Shown here: in pieces, positions 19,347 through 31,644 of the stretch
Position numbering within the stretch: position 1 is the stretch's first letter
Layout: each line of letters starts with the position of its first letter
From: Caldithrix sp.
GTDB taxonomy: Bacteria > Zhuqueibacterota > Zhuqueibacteria > Thermofontimicrobiales > Sulfurfontimicrobiaceae
Reading direction: 5' to 3'
Assembly: GCA_020722815.1 (NCBI GenBank)
Contig: DYKB01000033.1
Span: 3,916-67,915 of the forward strand
DNA: 64,000 nucleotides
Notes under the pieces: model-generated
The model's input: only the letters and a program-made list of their open reading frames with translations
What the model was told of the DNA's origin: nothing
Database searches by the model: none
Position numbers and translations under genes: made by a program

Positions 19347-19545
19347 AATATTGCTTTAAGTAACTGTACACTATTTTTTATGTTTTTTAGGTATGAGCTT
19401 TATCAAGTTGTGAGCAACACTGAATAAGCAGCACCCCAAAATCGTAGAGAAAGGAGCAGTTCCTTTCAAAACGATTTTTTTTTGCCGTAAAAGCAAAAAA
19501 CTGGTTGTACGTTTTAATTAATTTTCATTTTTAAGGATTTACCAG

Positions 19546-19746
19546 ATGGAAAAAGGAACTGTAAAGTGGTTTAATAGCTCAAAAGGCTATGGCTTTATCA
19601 CCCGTGAAGATGGTGGAGACGTTTTTGTGCATTATCAATCAATTATGAGCAAAGGCTTTAAAACACTCAATGAAGGCGATCAGGTAGAATTTAGCGTTGA
19701 AAAGGGTGCCAAAGGCTTACAGGCCACTAACGTAGTTAAACTTTAA
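19546..19746 (+). CDS. cspA: Cold-shock protein
   Basis: GTVKWFN, KGYGFI (RNP1), DVFVHY (RNP2). Confidence 0.97.
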   Translation: MEKGTVKWFNSSKGYGFITREDGGDVFVHYQSIMSKGFKTLNEGDQVEFSVEKGAKGLQATNVVKL

Positions 19747-19760
19747 TCCGAATTTTCGTG

Positions 19761-19790
19761 AACCCCTGTCCCAACCGACAGGGGTTTTTT
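19761..19790 (+). terminator. Intrinsic terminator
   Basis: AACCCCTGTC / GACAGGGGTT followed by a T run. Confidence 0.9.
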
Positions 19791-20034
19791 GTTTCTATCC
19801 GAATCTACTCACTCTTTTTTGACAAAATCCTCTCTTTTCATCTTCATGAATGTCCACACGCTATTAAATTTCGATAGTCATTCATGCGATATAAAACTTT
19901 AAAAAAAATTATAGCCGAAATGATTTTAATTTTGTATAATTAACCTGAAAATTTTAGCTCAAATATTTCTATCTTAAACATATCTCGTTCCATTATTGTT
20001 TTTAAAAATGTTAAAATGCGAATGAGGAAATATT

Positions 20035-21042
20035 ATGAAAAATGCCAGTCATTGGTCTCCGAATCTCGCGAACGAAAATTTTAAAATTGCCAAATTTAAA
20101 TTTATTCTCCAGGCCAGAGAACCGATTCATTTACCGCCGTATAAAGGCTCTGCCTTGCGCGGAGGATTCGGCATGTCTTTTCGAAAAACCTGCTGCGTGA
20201 TGGAAAAGCAGGACTGCCGGGGCTGCCAGTTGAATTCAAGCTGTGCATATGCTTATATTTTCGAAACGCCGCAAACTGATAAACTCAATATCAATTACCA
20301 GTCCAGTAACCTGCCCCATCCATTTATCATTGAACCACCGGCAACTGATCGGCGCATCTTCAATCCCGACGATGAAATTGACTTTGGATTAGTATTAATC
20401 GGAAAAAGTCTCGATTATCTTCCCTATTTCGTTTTTGCCTTTTATCAATTAGGCCAGCTGGGACTGGGAAGTGGTAAGGGCAAATTTCATCTCAAATCAG
20501 TATTCGCCATCGACCAGCCGGAAGGGTTGCCCGATAATCAGGTTTATGATGAAAAGACTCAAATGCTCAATAATGATTTTACCGGCTGGGATCTCCCCAT
20601 GATTTTGGCGGCCAGTGAAAAGATAGCATCCGAATCACTTCAATTGAATTTTCTTACTCCAACCCGTCTGATCGATCAAAATCAACTCGCCAATCATTTG
20701 CCTTTTGAGCTGCTGATGCGTTCTATTTTGCGGCGAGTTTCCCTGCTCGGTCGGATTCATTGTGGTAGCAACTGGGATCTTCCTTTTAATGAGATTATTG
20801 AAACAGCTCAACATTCGGTCAAAATATTACGGGAAAATTTTCGCTGGAGTGATTGGGAGCGTTATTCTACGCGCCAGAAACAACGCATGAAACTCGGCGG
20901 CATCATTGGAACGGTGATATATTCAGGTTCACTGGCACCATTTATTCCCTTCATTTTATTAGGTGAATTTGTTCATCTGGGAAAAAACACCACTTTCGGA
21001 TTAGGTCAATATCGAATAGACAAATTTCAGGAATCTTCATAA
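20035..21042 (+). CDS. cas6: CRISPR RAMP endoribonuclease Cas6 (orphan)
   Basis: GSALRGGFG, Cys cluster, PHPFIIEPP, FLTPTRL, WERYSTRQ, C-terminal Gly loop GEFVHLGKNTTFGLGQY. Confidence 0.9.
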   Translation: MKNASHWSPNLANENFKIAKFKFILQAREPIHLPPYKGSALRGGFGMSFRKTCCVMEKQDCRGCQLNSSCAYAYIFETPQTDKLNINYQSSNLPHPFIIEPPATDRRIFNPDDEIDFGLVLIGKSLDYLPYFVFAFYQLGQLGLGSGKGKFHLKSVFAIDQPEGLPDNQVYDEKTQMLNNDFTGWDLPMILAASEKIASESLQLNFLTPTRLIDQNQLANHLPFELLMRSILRRVSLLGRIHCGSNWDLPFNEIIETAQHSVKILRENFRWSDWERYSTRQKQRMKLGGIIGTVIYSGSLAPFIPFILLGEFVHLGKNTTFGLGQYRIDKFQESS

Positions 21043-21059
21043 ACTTAAAAAAAACGACA

Positions 21060-21760
21060 TAAAAACTATTAAATGGCCAGAATGTGAATAAGTTATTTTT
21101 TTCTTTCAATCTTGTGAATAATTCACATTATCACCCGGATTTAACCCAATTTCTTTTTTCCACATTTAAAAAAATGTGGATAACTTGTGGATAAATTTTC
21201 TGCGGAAAATTGGTTATTCATCATTTCGTTCAAAATTCAAATTTTATGCCCTGAAAATTACTGGCAGACTGATAAGATGAACCTGAAATAAAAACAGTGC
21301 CTTTCGAAAAAATGAAAAAAATATTTAAAATTCATCCTGAAAAGATAAGCTAAAAGCCACCAGATGAAAAAACTGTGGTCGTACTTATTTTATAAATTTT
21401 AAGAAGTTATTCGATTTAAAAATTGTAACTTATTCCTTGACAGGCAATCTTTTTTTGTTTATTCTTTATTGCCAGTATCTGTGATCTGGATCACGACAAT
21501 TTTTATGTATAATTTTTCAACAATGGTATTTTCGTCATCCGGCTGAATACTACCGATAATCACTTAATTTTAAGATTTAAACACAGCATTGAGGATTGTT
21601 GATTCAATGTTGATAACTTGTTAATTATACTGAATTGTTAAGAAATTTTAACGGCTTGAAATTTGAAATATTCATTATTACCATTAATTGTAATTCATTG
21701 ATTGTTATTGTGAAAAAATGAAAGAATTTGATATATTTCTATTTCAGGATGTCTTTTTAT
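21060..21760. other. Probable chromosomal replication origin oriC (DnaA-box cluster)
   Basis: TGTGGATAA at 21175 and 21186; TGTGAATAA at 21083 and 21113; TTTTCCACA 21156; TGTGAAAAA 21709; near-matches at 21119, 21201, 21514, 21608. AT-rich non-coding region; gene strand bias changes here. Confidence 0.78.
21437..21495 (+). promoter_or_regulatory. Sigma70-type promoter followed by a CRP/FNR-type box
   Basis: TTGACA (21437)-17-TATTCT (21460); TGTGATCTGGATCACG (21480-21495), 14/16 match to TGTGATCTAGATCACA. Confidence 0.55.
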
Positions 21761-21989
21761 TTTCTGATGGTATCGATAATTAACGGACGAAAGCGATTAT
21801 GATGAATCCTGCATGAAGCGCAATATGTCTTACATGAAAATGTCAGGCATTAAGTCAATAACAATGCACATTTTCACGCGTTACGCATCAAATAATAATT
21901 TAAAAATTCATTAACACAAAATAATATTATGAAATGCAAATGAATACATCAATTATTACGTACAATTCAATTATGAATAAGGAGGAAGC

Positions 21990-23363
21990 ATGCAGAAGCA
22001 TTCAGAAGATTCGAATTTCAAACGCCGGGATTTTCTTAAATTAGGTGCCGTTGCAGGAATTGGTGCTGCGTTAAGTGCTGTAAATCAAACAGGTTGTGGA
22101 CAACCCCGCGGAACAGGGGAAGCCCGGACAGCGTTTCGGGTCGCCCCGATTGAGACAGTCCGAATTGGATTTGTTGGTGTTGGTGGAATGGGATCGGCTC
22201 ATGTGCAAAATTTTTTAAATATTGAAGGCGTGCAGATTAAAGCTATCTGTGATATCGTCGAAGAAAAAGTCAAACGTGCCCAACAATGGGTTGTCGAAGC
22301 GGGACAGCCCGAACCCAAAGGGTATTCCCGTGGCGAATGGGATTTTAAACGAATGTGCGCTGAAGAAGAACTGGATCTCGTCTTTACCGCTACCCCATGG
22401 GAATGGCATGTCCCCGTCTGTGTAGCCGCAATGGAAAACGGAAAACATGCTGCCACGGAAGTACCAGCCGCAATGACTATCGATGAATGCTGGCAATTGG
22501 TCGAAACAGCCGAAAAAACCGGAATGCACTGCGTGATGATGGAAAATTGCTGCTATGATCGGCGGGAATTGATGCGCCTGAATATGATTCGAAAAGGGAT
22601 GCTGGGAGAAATTTTACACGCCGAGGCCGGCTATCTGCATGATTTACGGGCACTTAAATTCAGTGATCAGGGGGAAGGCTTGTGGCGGATTGCCCACTCC
22701 ATCAAGCGTGACGCGAATCTGTATCCCACCCACGGTCTGGGACCAGTGGCGCAATGTATGGATATCAATCGCGGCGATCAGTTTGATTTTGTGGTATCCA
22801 TGAGCAGTAATTCACGCGGTTTAAATCTATTTGCCGCTGAGCAATTTGGCGCCGATCATCCCAAAGCAACCATGAAATATGCGCTGGGCGATGTCAATAC
22901 ATCCCTGATTCGCACGAAAAATGGAAAAACCATCACTCTCATCCATGATTGCGATACGCCACGGCCGTACAGTCGCGTCGATTTTGTACAGGGAACCAAA
23001 GGTATTGTGACAGGCTATCCGGATCGCGTTTACATCGAGGGACGAAGCCCGGCGCATCAATGGGAACCGATTGAAAATTATTGGGAAGAATTTGATCACC
23101 CCTTGTGGAAAGCGATTGCCAGTCGGGGCGAAGGCCGCGGCCATGGTGGAATGGATTATATCGAAGATTATCGCCTGATTCAGTCGCTTCGCACCGGTAC
23201 GCCGCTGGATATGGATGTGTACGATGCCGCCGCCTGGAGTGTGGTTGTTGAATTAAGCGAACGTTCCGTAGCCAATAAAAGTCGACCAATCGATTTCCCG
23301 GATTTCACCCGTGGCAAATGGAAAACCAATCCACCGCTGGGGATTGTTACAGCAGCAGTATAA
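21990..23363 (+). CDS. GH109-type NAD-dependent glycosidase (alpha-N-acetylgalactosaminidase-like, Gfo/Idh/MocA fold), Tat-exported
   Basis: KRRDFLK, GFVGVGGMG, ATEVP, MMENCCY, YPTHGLGP, GHGGMD, DFPDFTRGKW. Confidence 0.92.
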   Translation: MQKHSEDSNFKRRDFLKLGAVAGIGAALSAVNQTGCGQPRGTGEARTAFRVAPIETVRIGFVGVGGMGSAHVQNFLNIEGVQIKAICDIVEEKVKRAQQWVVEAGQPEPKGYSRGEWDFKRMCAEEELDLVFTATPWEWHVPVCVAAMENGKHAATEVPAAMTIDECWQLVETAEKTGMHCVMMENCCYDRRELMRLNMIRKGMLGEILHAEAGYLHDLRALKFSDQGEGLWRIAHSIKRDANLYPTHGLGPVAQCMDINRGDQFDFVVSMSSNSRGLNLFAAEQFGADHPKATMKYALGDVNTSLIRTKNGKTITLIHDCDTPRPYSRVDFVQGTKGIVTGYPDRVYIEGRSPAHQWEPIENYWEEFDHPLWKAIASRGEGRGHGGMDYIEDYRLIQSLRTGTPLDMDVYDAAAWSVVVELSERSVANKSRPIDFPDFTRGKWKTNPPLGIVTAAV

Positions 23364-23404
23364 TGCCTCAATCGAATACCGGTTTTATAGACGAAAATTT
23401 TTAA

Positions 23405-26611
<3,207 letters not shown>

Positions 26612-26624
26612 TTAAACGATAACG

Positions 26625-26654
26625 CCCGGCATAATGGTGTATGCCGGGTTATTA
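26625..26654 (+). terminator. Intergenic hairpin after lacZ
   Basis: CCCGGCATA / TATGCCGGG stem, weak U tail. Confidence 0.5.
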
Positions 26655-26715
26655 TCGATAAAATTTACCTGAAATGAATCGCAAATTTCATTGATTTCGC
26701 ACAAAGGAACCTAAA

Positions 26716-28113
26716 ATGACTAAAAAATTACCTAAAATCCTCAGTGAATCCAAAACAGCCCGATGGACCGCTTTGGCGATTGTTGCCTTCACTATGTTCG
26801 CTGGCTATTACCTGGCCGATGTTATGGCTCCGCTGCAGGGAATGCTGGAAAAACAGTTAAAATGGAGCAGTACCGATTATGGCTGGTATACCGGTGCGTA
26901 TGGCTGGTTTAATGTATTTCTGTTCTTCCTGATTTTTGGCGGGATAATCCTGGACAAAATGGGCGTTCGGTTTACCGGCTTGACAGCCGCCATGGTAATG
27001 GTCGTTGGAACAGCCATCAAGTATTGGGCGATCACGACGCATGCACTTGATGGGGCTAACTGGACGATTCTCTTCTGGACTTTCCCCGCACAGGTCTGGC
27101 TAGCCGCCTTCGGCTATACCATTTTTGGCGTTGGAATTGAAGTGGCCGGTATTACCGTTACCAAAATAATTGTTAAATGGTTCAAAGGCCATGAACTGGC
27201 ATTAGCTATGGGATTGCAACTCGCAATCGCCCGTATGGGTACCGCGCTGGCACTTTCAACCTCTTTACCTGTCGCGAAAGCCTTCAATGAGGTTTCAACA
27301 CCGGTACTTATATGCCTCATTATGTTATGTATTGGCTTCCTCGCTTTCCTGGTCTATACTTTTAGTGACAAAAAACTTGATGCCTCCATAGTCGCCGTAA
27401 AAGGTGATAATGAAGTTACAACCGAAGAAGAATTCCGTATTATTGATATCTTAAGTATTATTAAAAATCGCGGCTGGTGGTATATTACTATCCTTTGTGC
27501 ACTTTTTTATTCCGCCGTATTCCCGTTCCTGAAATATGCGACCTATTTCATGGTTAATAAATTTAGTGTTGATGAAAACTGGGCGGGAATAATCCCCGGC
27601 TTATTGCCATTTGGCACAATCATTCTGACGCCGTTCTTTGGAAATCTGTATGACCGCAAAGGTAAGGGCGCGACAATCATGATTGTTGGCTCACTATTAA
27701 TTATTTTGGTTCATTTATTATTTGCCGTGCCACTTTTAAATCACTGGCTCATTGCCATTTTCCTGATGATAATCCTCGGAATTGGATTTTCGCTGGTTCC
27801 TTCCGCAATGTGGCCGTCAGTTCCCAAAATCATTCCCGAACGACAGCTTGGAACAGCTTATGCGCTTATCTTCTGGGTGCAAAATGCCTGGGCGTTAATG
27901 TTTGTACCGGCACTTATCGGTTGGGTGCTCGATAAATACTGCGTAACTGGAACGGCTATACTGGATGGACAACCTGTTACGACTTATAATTATACCCTGC
28001 CCATGATTCTTTTTATGCTTTTCGGAATAACAGCGTTACTTTTCGCCTTCCTGCTAAAAATTGAAGATAAAAAGAAAGGTTATGGTCTGGAATTACCCAA
28101 TATCAGGAGTTAA
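26716..28113 (+). CDS. MFS transporter
   Basis: About 12 TM helices, GIILDKMGVR motif A-like, KWFKGHELALAMG, GNLYDRKG. Confidence 0.93.
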   Translation: MTKKLPKILSESKTARWTALAIVAFTMFAGYYLADVMAPLQGMLEKQLKWSSTDYGWYTGAYGWFNVFLFFLIFGGIILDKMGVRFTGLTAAMVMVVGTAIKYWAITTHALDGANWTILFWTFPAQVWLAAFGYTIFGVGIEVAGITVTKIIVKWFKGHELALAMGLQLAIARMGTALALSTSLPVAKAFNEVSTPVLICLIMLCIGFLAFLVYTFSDKKLDASIVAVKGDNEVTTEEEFRIIDILSIIKNRGWWYITILCALFYSAVFPFLKYATYFMVNKFSVDENWAGIIPGLLPFGTIILTPFFGNLYDRKGKGATIMIVGSLLIILVHLLFAVPLLNHWLIAIFLMIILGIGFSLVPSAMWPSVPKIIPERQLGTAYALIFWVQNAWALMFVPALIGWVLDKYCVTGTAILDGQPVTTYNYTLPMILFMLFGITALLFAFLLKIEDKKKGYGLELPNIRS

Positions 28114-28150
28114 AATAATAAAATAATCGAAATATGAAAAAATATCTGAT

Positions 28151-29377
28151 TTAAGGCCGGCCGGGGAGTTCAGTAAAAGTGGCGATAATCCGATTCCGAT
28201 TCAATTCTTTTTTAAACGGATTCTGTAGATAATAATCCGCTAAATCCGCCACATTTCCAGCTTTTTCCTGCCGGCGTGAATTTTTGTATTTTTCGATTGC
28301 CTGTCGACGTTTTCCCTGCAGATCATAAATTTTACCGGATGTCAGTTCCCCCAGACCGAGCAGGTAACTCCCCTCTGCATAAAAAGCATGGTATTCCTCA
28401 AATAAACGCAAAGCGGCGTCATATTTTCCCTGATGATAATAAGCATACCCCCGCATAAATTTCATTTTATAAGACCACCAATCTGAACTGATTAACTTTC
28501 TTTGATGGACTACCTTTTCAAATTGATCAATATAATCCAGAAGTTTTTGCCATTGATTGACAGGCCGGGAAAATTCCAAATTAAACAATGCATTAATCTG
28601 TGTACTCAATAAATCCAGATTTTCAGGATAGATGGTTAATAGCGATTCAGCAATCTGAATTGCAGCGGAATAATCCTTTTCAAAGTAAAGATAAGCTGAA
28701 GCTAAGGCTGAACTGGCTGGCAATGGACTATAAACACCTCTTTGAATGGCGCTTTTAAGGAAAGAGAGTCCTGCTTCCGGATCGCCCGTCGGAATGGGTA
28801 AAAGTCGCTGCAGAAAACGGACGATAGCCCCCTGATTTCCCGCCATCACATGATATAAACCAAGGCCATAATGCACATCATAAAAATCCGGCTTAAGCTG
28901 AAGCGCAGTTTCTAAAGCATGAATCCCTTTCCAGGCATGAAAACCGGTTTTTAGCCAATTTTTTTGGCGGGCATGCATGGTTCCTAAAAATCCATGTGCA
29001 CCGCCTTTATAAAAACAGGCAAATGCATCATCAGGATTTAAATTCAGGCGCTTTTCACAAATTTCCAGACATTTTTCCAGCCACTTTTGCATTTCTGTAT
29101 CAAATTTTTGAACATTTTGCTGGACATTACTCTCCCGCCAACAACTGACGCCCCGATAAAAATAAGCGTCCGGATTGTTGGGCGTGGTCAGAATAAGTGA
29201 ATCCAGTTTTGCTTCAACAAGACGATAATTCTCGCGAAAAATTAAATCAATTATTTTATGAATCGTTGAATTGTCATTGCTTTGTTCCTGTGATGCAACA
29301 GGAAGCAAGCGAATTATCAGAAAGAATGGAATAAGTAATACAAGTTTAATCAGAATTTGGCTTTTCACTCGAAACAT
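28151..29377 (-). CDS. Secreted TPR-repeat protein
   Basis: Signal peptide, PNNPDAYFYRG, ALQLKPDFYDVHYGLGLY, GKIYDLQGKRRQAIEKY. Confidence 0.85.
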   Translation of the reverse strand: MFRVKSQILIKLVLLIPFFLIIRLLPVASQEQSNDNSTIHKIIDLIFRENYRLVEAKLDSLILTTPNNPDAYFYRGVSCWRESNVQQNVQKFDTEMQKWLEKCLEICEKRLNLNPDDAFACFYKGGAHGFLGTMHARQKNWLKTGFHAWKGIHALETALQLKPDFYDVHYGLGLYHVMAGNQGAIVRFLQRLLPIPTGDPEAGLSFLKSAIQRGVYSPLPASSALASAYLYFEKDYSAAIQIAESLLTIYPENLDLLSTQINALFNLEFSRPVNQWQKLLDYIDQFEKVVHQRKLISSDWWSYKMKFMRGYAYYHQGKYDAALRLFEEYHAFYAEGSYLLGLGELTSGKIYDLQGKRRQAIEKYKNSRRQEKAGNVADLADYYLQNPFKKELNRNRIIATFTELPGRP

Positions 29378-29543
29378 GACGAAATCATTGGCTCCTGAAG
29401 TTTTTTTACATTGTCAATTCATCTTTTTAAACGGTCTACAAATATATGAATTTTTGCCTGAAAAGCAACAGATAAAAAGATATTGTATCTCCTCAATATT
29501 TATTGGTAAATGACAACGTACGATAGCTATAATGTGATAAATC

Positions 29544-29645
29544 TTCAGGCGTGATGTGTAATGCGTAAAACGTAAATTAAAATTCCGCATGATAACCCAA
29601 ACAAGAGATTACGTGTCTCGCATTACGTTTTACGCTTCACTTGAA
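29544..29645. repeat. Heptamer-based inverted repeat (CGTAATG-type)
   Basis: GCGTGAT GTGTAAT GCGTAAA ACGTAAA faced by CATTACGTTTTACGCTTCAC; related heptamer runs at 12227, 21873 and 62422. Confidence 0.6.
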
Positions 29646-30052
29646 ATTTTTTAAATATAAAGGGCTTTAGTTTCCACCCTGATTTATTGAGGGGGCACAA
29701 GATATCGATACACTATTTATCAATAAAATCTCCTAAATACAGGAGTGTTATTCCATTTCTGGATTAAAAAACAGATAAGTGGTTAATTGCCGCCTGGAAT
29801 TGACAACTATTATTCATTTCAACACCCCCAAATACAAAATTGAGTTATTAACAAAAAAAGCATCTATTTAATTGTAAAATATAAAATTAACTGCAAAAGA
29901 AAAAATTAAAAATTCATTTCACTGTTGGCTATTTACCAACATTGAATGGTTATATCGCCAAAGACCAAATTTAAATAAAATTTATTTTTAATATTCTTAT
30001 CGTTTAAAAATCTAAAGGATAGCATCACAAGCAAAATTTGAATTTGCGTTAA

Positions 30053-30068
30053 TGGCATGGATGTTGCA
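30053..30068 (+). promoter_or_regulatory. Sigma54 -24/-12 promoter
   Basis: TGGCAT-GGATG-TTGCA; candidate enhancer palindrome TGTTGG-N7-CCAACA at 29923-29941. Confidence 0.75.
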
Positions 30069-30131
30069 ATTTGGGAATCTGGTCAATTAGTTCAAAAGTA
30101 ACTATGACTCACAAAAGTAAAAGGAATTCAT

Positions 30132-30515
30132 GTGAATATGCACCAAGTTTATGCGCCAAAGATTTTACTTTTGGGGGATGAATTTTTAAACAATAAAATC
30201 CTGGCAAAAATTTTACAGGAAATGCAGTTTGATGTTTCCACGTTTCCAACGGCATCAAACGGCTATCTCAAACGAGATTTTGGCAAAGTCGATTTAATGG
30301 TTGTTGAAATCGAGGATGGAAACGGCAAAAAGGATTTTGGCTGGATCCAGCAGGTAAAACAGCAAACACCATCGACAAAAGTAATCGTTGTGAACAGCGG
30401 AAAATCAATTGAAACGATTATTGAAGCTTTTCAGAATGGAGCGAATGATTTTTTTCGAAAACCTGTCGATGAGAAATTACTCTCGGAAAGAATTTTAGCC
30501 CTTCTGGAGACGTAA
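30132..30515 (+). CDS. Stand-alone atypical receiver domain protein (phosphoacceptor Asp replaced by Glu)
   Basis: KILLLGDE, VDLMVVEI, KVIVVN, AFQNGANDFFRKPVD. Confidence 0.85.
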   Translation: MNMHQVYAPKILLLGDEFLNNKILAKILQEMQFDVSTFPTASNGYLKRDFGKVDLMVVEIEDGNGKKDFGWIQQVKQQTPSTKVIVVNSGKSIETIIEAFQNGANDFFRKPVDEKLLSERILALLET

Positions 30516-30533
30516 AATTTATAAATTGAACGT

Positions 30534-30594
30534 AACAGGTTCCGGACCCGAATAAATCACTTGCCATGTTCTTGCCCCCGGTCCGGAACCTGTT
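30534..30594. repeat. Perfect 15-bp inverted repeat with a 31-nt loop
   Basis: AACAGGTTCCGGACC / GGTCCGGAACCTGTT. Confidence 0.8.
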
Positions 30595-30684
30595 TGTTAG
30601 TTAAAATTATTTCATTAGTGGATGAGTATGGATGCATAAGGAATTGGCAGTTAGAACTCGATTAGCATAGCAGGAGAAAGCAGG

Positions 30685-30885
30685 ATGATGAATAATCTTG
30701 TGGGAGAGAGAACGGAATCTCGAAATTGTAATCTGGATTTTACTGAAAATGTAATTGGCGACTTTTTGGATATCTGCATCAGTCTGGATGAAAAAAGTTG
30801 GATGCGTTGGACTCGCGAGTTATATAAAGAAACGCTCAAAATGCGCCCACAAATCGAAATTACCAGCGATAAATCTAAATTGTAA
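30685..30885 (+). CDS. Small hypothetical protein (66 aa)
   Basis: SD AGGAG upstream, terminator downstream, lies within the sigma54 transcription unit. Confidence 0.6.
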   Translation: MMNNLVGERTESRNCNLDFTENVIGDFLDICISLDEKSWMRWTRELYKETLKMRPQIEITSDKSKL

Positions 30886-30930
30886 CTCATTGTTTTTAAA
30901 ACACAACTTGCACTTGCAACCTGGGATTAT

Positions 30931-30961
30931 AAGCGGCTGAATTCGTTCAGCCGCTTTTTTT
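30931..30961 (+). terminator. Intrinsic terminator
   Basis: AAGCGGCTGAA / TTCAGCCGCTT followed by a T run. Confidence 0.9.
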
Positions 30962-31202
30962 ATTAATCAAAACCAATTAAAATATAAAAAATAACGTCAC
31001 CACATGACCGCCAGCGGATAAAAATAGTGCTCCCAATTCAAAAAAAAAATATATGCCAATTCAACACTGAAAAAAAAGAGTTTCGGTTTTTTCAATCGCT
31101 AATATCCAAATTCAATTTATTCACAAGATTTTTCTGGAAAAACCGCAAAGGCCCAAATTTTGCTAATAACTATTCAAATCAGGCAAAATCATTTTCTTAT
31201 TG

Positions 31203-31334
31203 ATGAGTCTCCGCTAAAAGCGCTGTCATTCTAGGTGAAACGAAGAGTATCGTAACTAATTGAAAAATATAGATTTTTTACGCCGCTTCGCTAAGTATGG
31301 AATGACTAAAACAACCTTTTTAAAGTGGACTCGT
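31203..31334. mobile_element. MITE-like element, family B copy 1, with a TGTCAT...ATGAC palindromic core
   Basis: Ends ATGAGTCTCCGCTAAAA / TTTTAAAGTGGACTCGT; core TGTCATTCTAGGTGAAACGAAG...GCTTCGCT...AATGAC; similar to 41278-41409. Confidence 0.6.
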
Positions 31335-31568
31335 TAATGGTATTTCAACTGACATGCAAAAGGCTCTGCAAACTGATACTTTGAATTAAATTTTTCCATT
31401 TTTAAATTCCAACATCTCGTATGGCTCACTTCTTTTTTAAGGGTATTTATGCTATTTAAAAAATTGTACTTTATTGAAAATTATCAAGATACTAAATGTT
31501 TAATTAATAAAAACTTAAAATGAAATTTGATGCTTTATTAAAGTCGTGATTCTTTGCCAAACTTTCAC

Positions 31569-31638
31569 TTGACATTTAAGGAAATTTATCATATATTTTG
31601 TTAATTATGTTCGAGGAGCGGCCTGCTCCTTTTTTTTT
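31569..31638 (+). promoter_or_regulatory. Sigma70-type promoter of uppS followed by a terminator-like hairpin
   Basis: TTGACA-17-TATATT (31569-31597); AGGAGCG-GCC-TGCTCCT then a T run (31614-31638). Confidence 0.6.
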
Positions 31639-31644
31639 CTATTC

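Noticed and set aside
19790-21990. CRISPR array or mini-array near cas6 (GTTTCTATCC at 19791 resembles a repeat start)
   Set aside because: No repeated 25-40 bp unit with regular spacing; the recurring 9-mers are DnaA boxes
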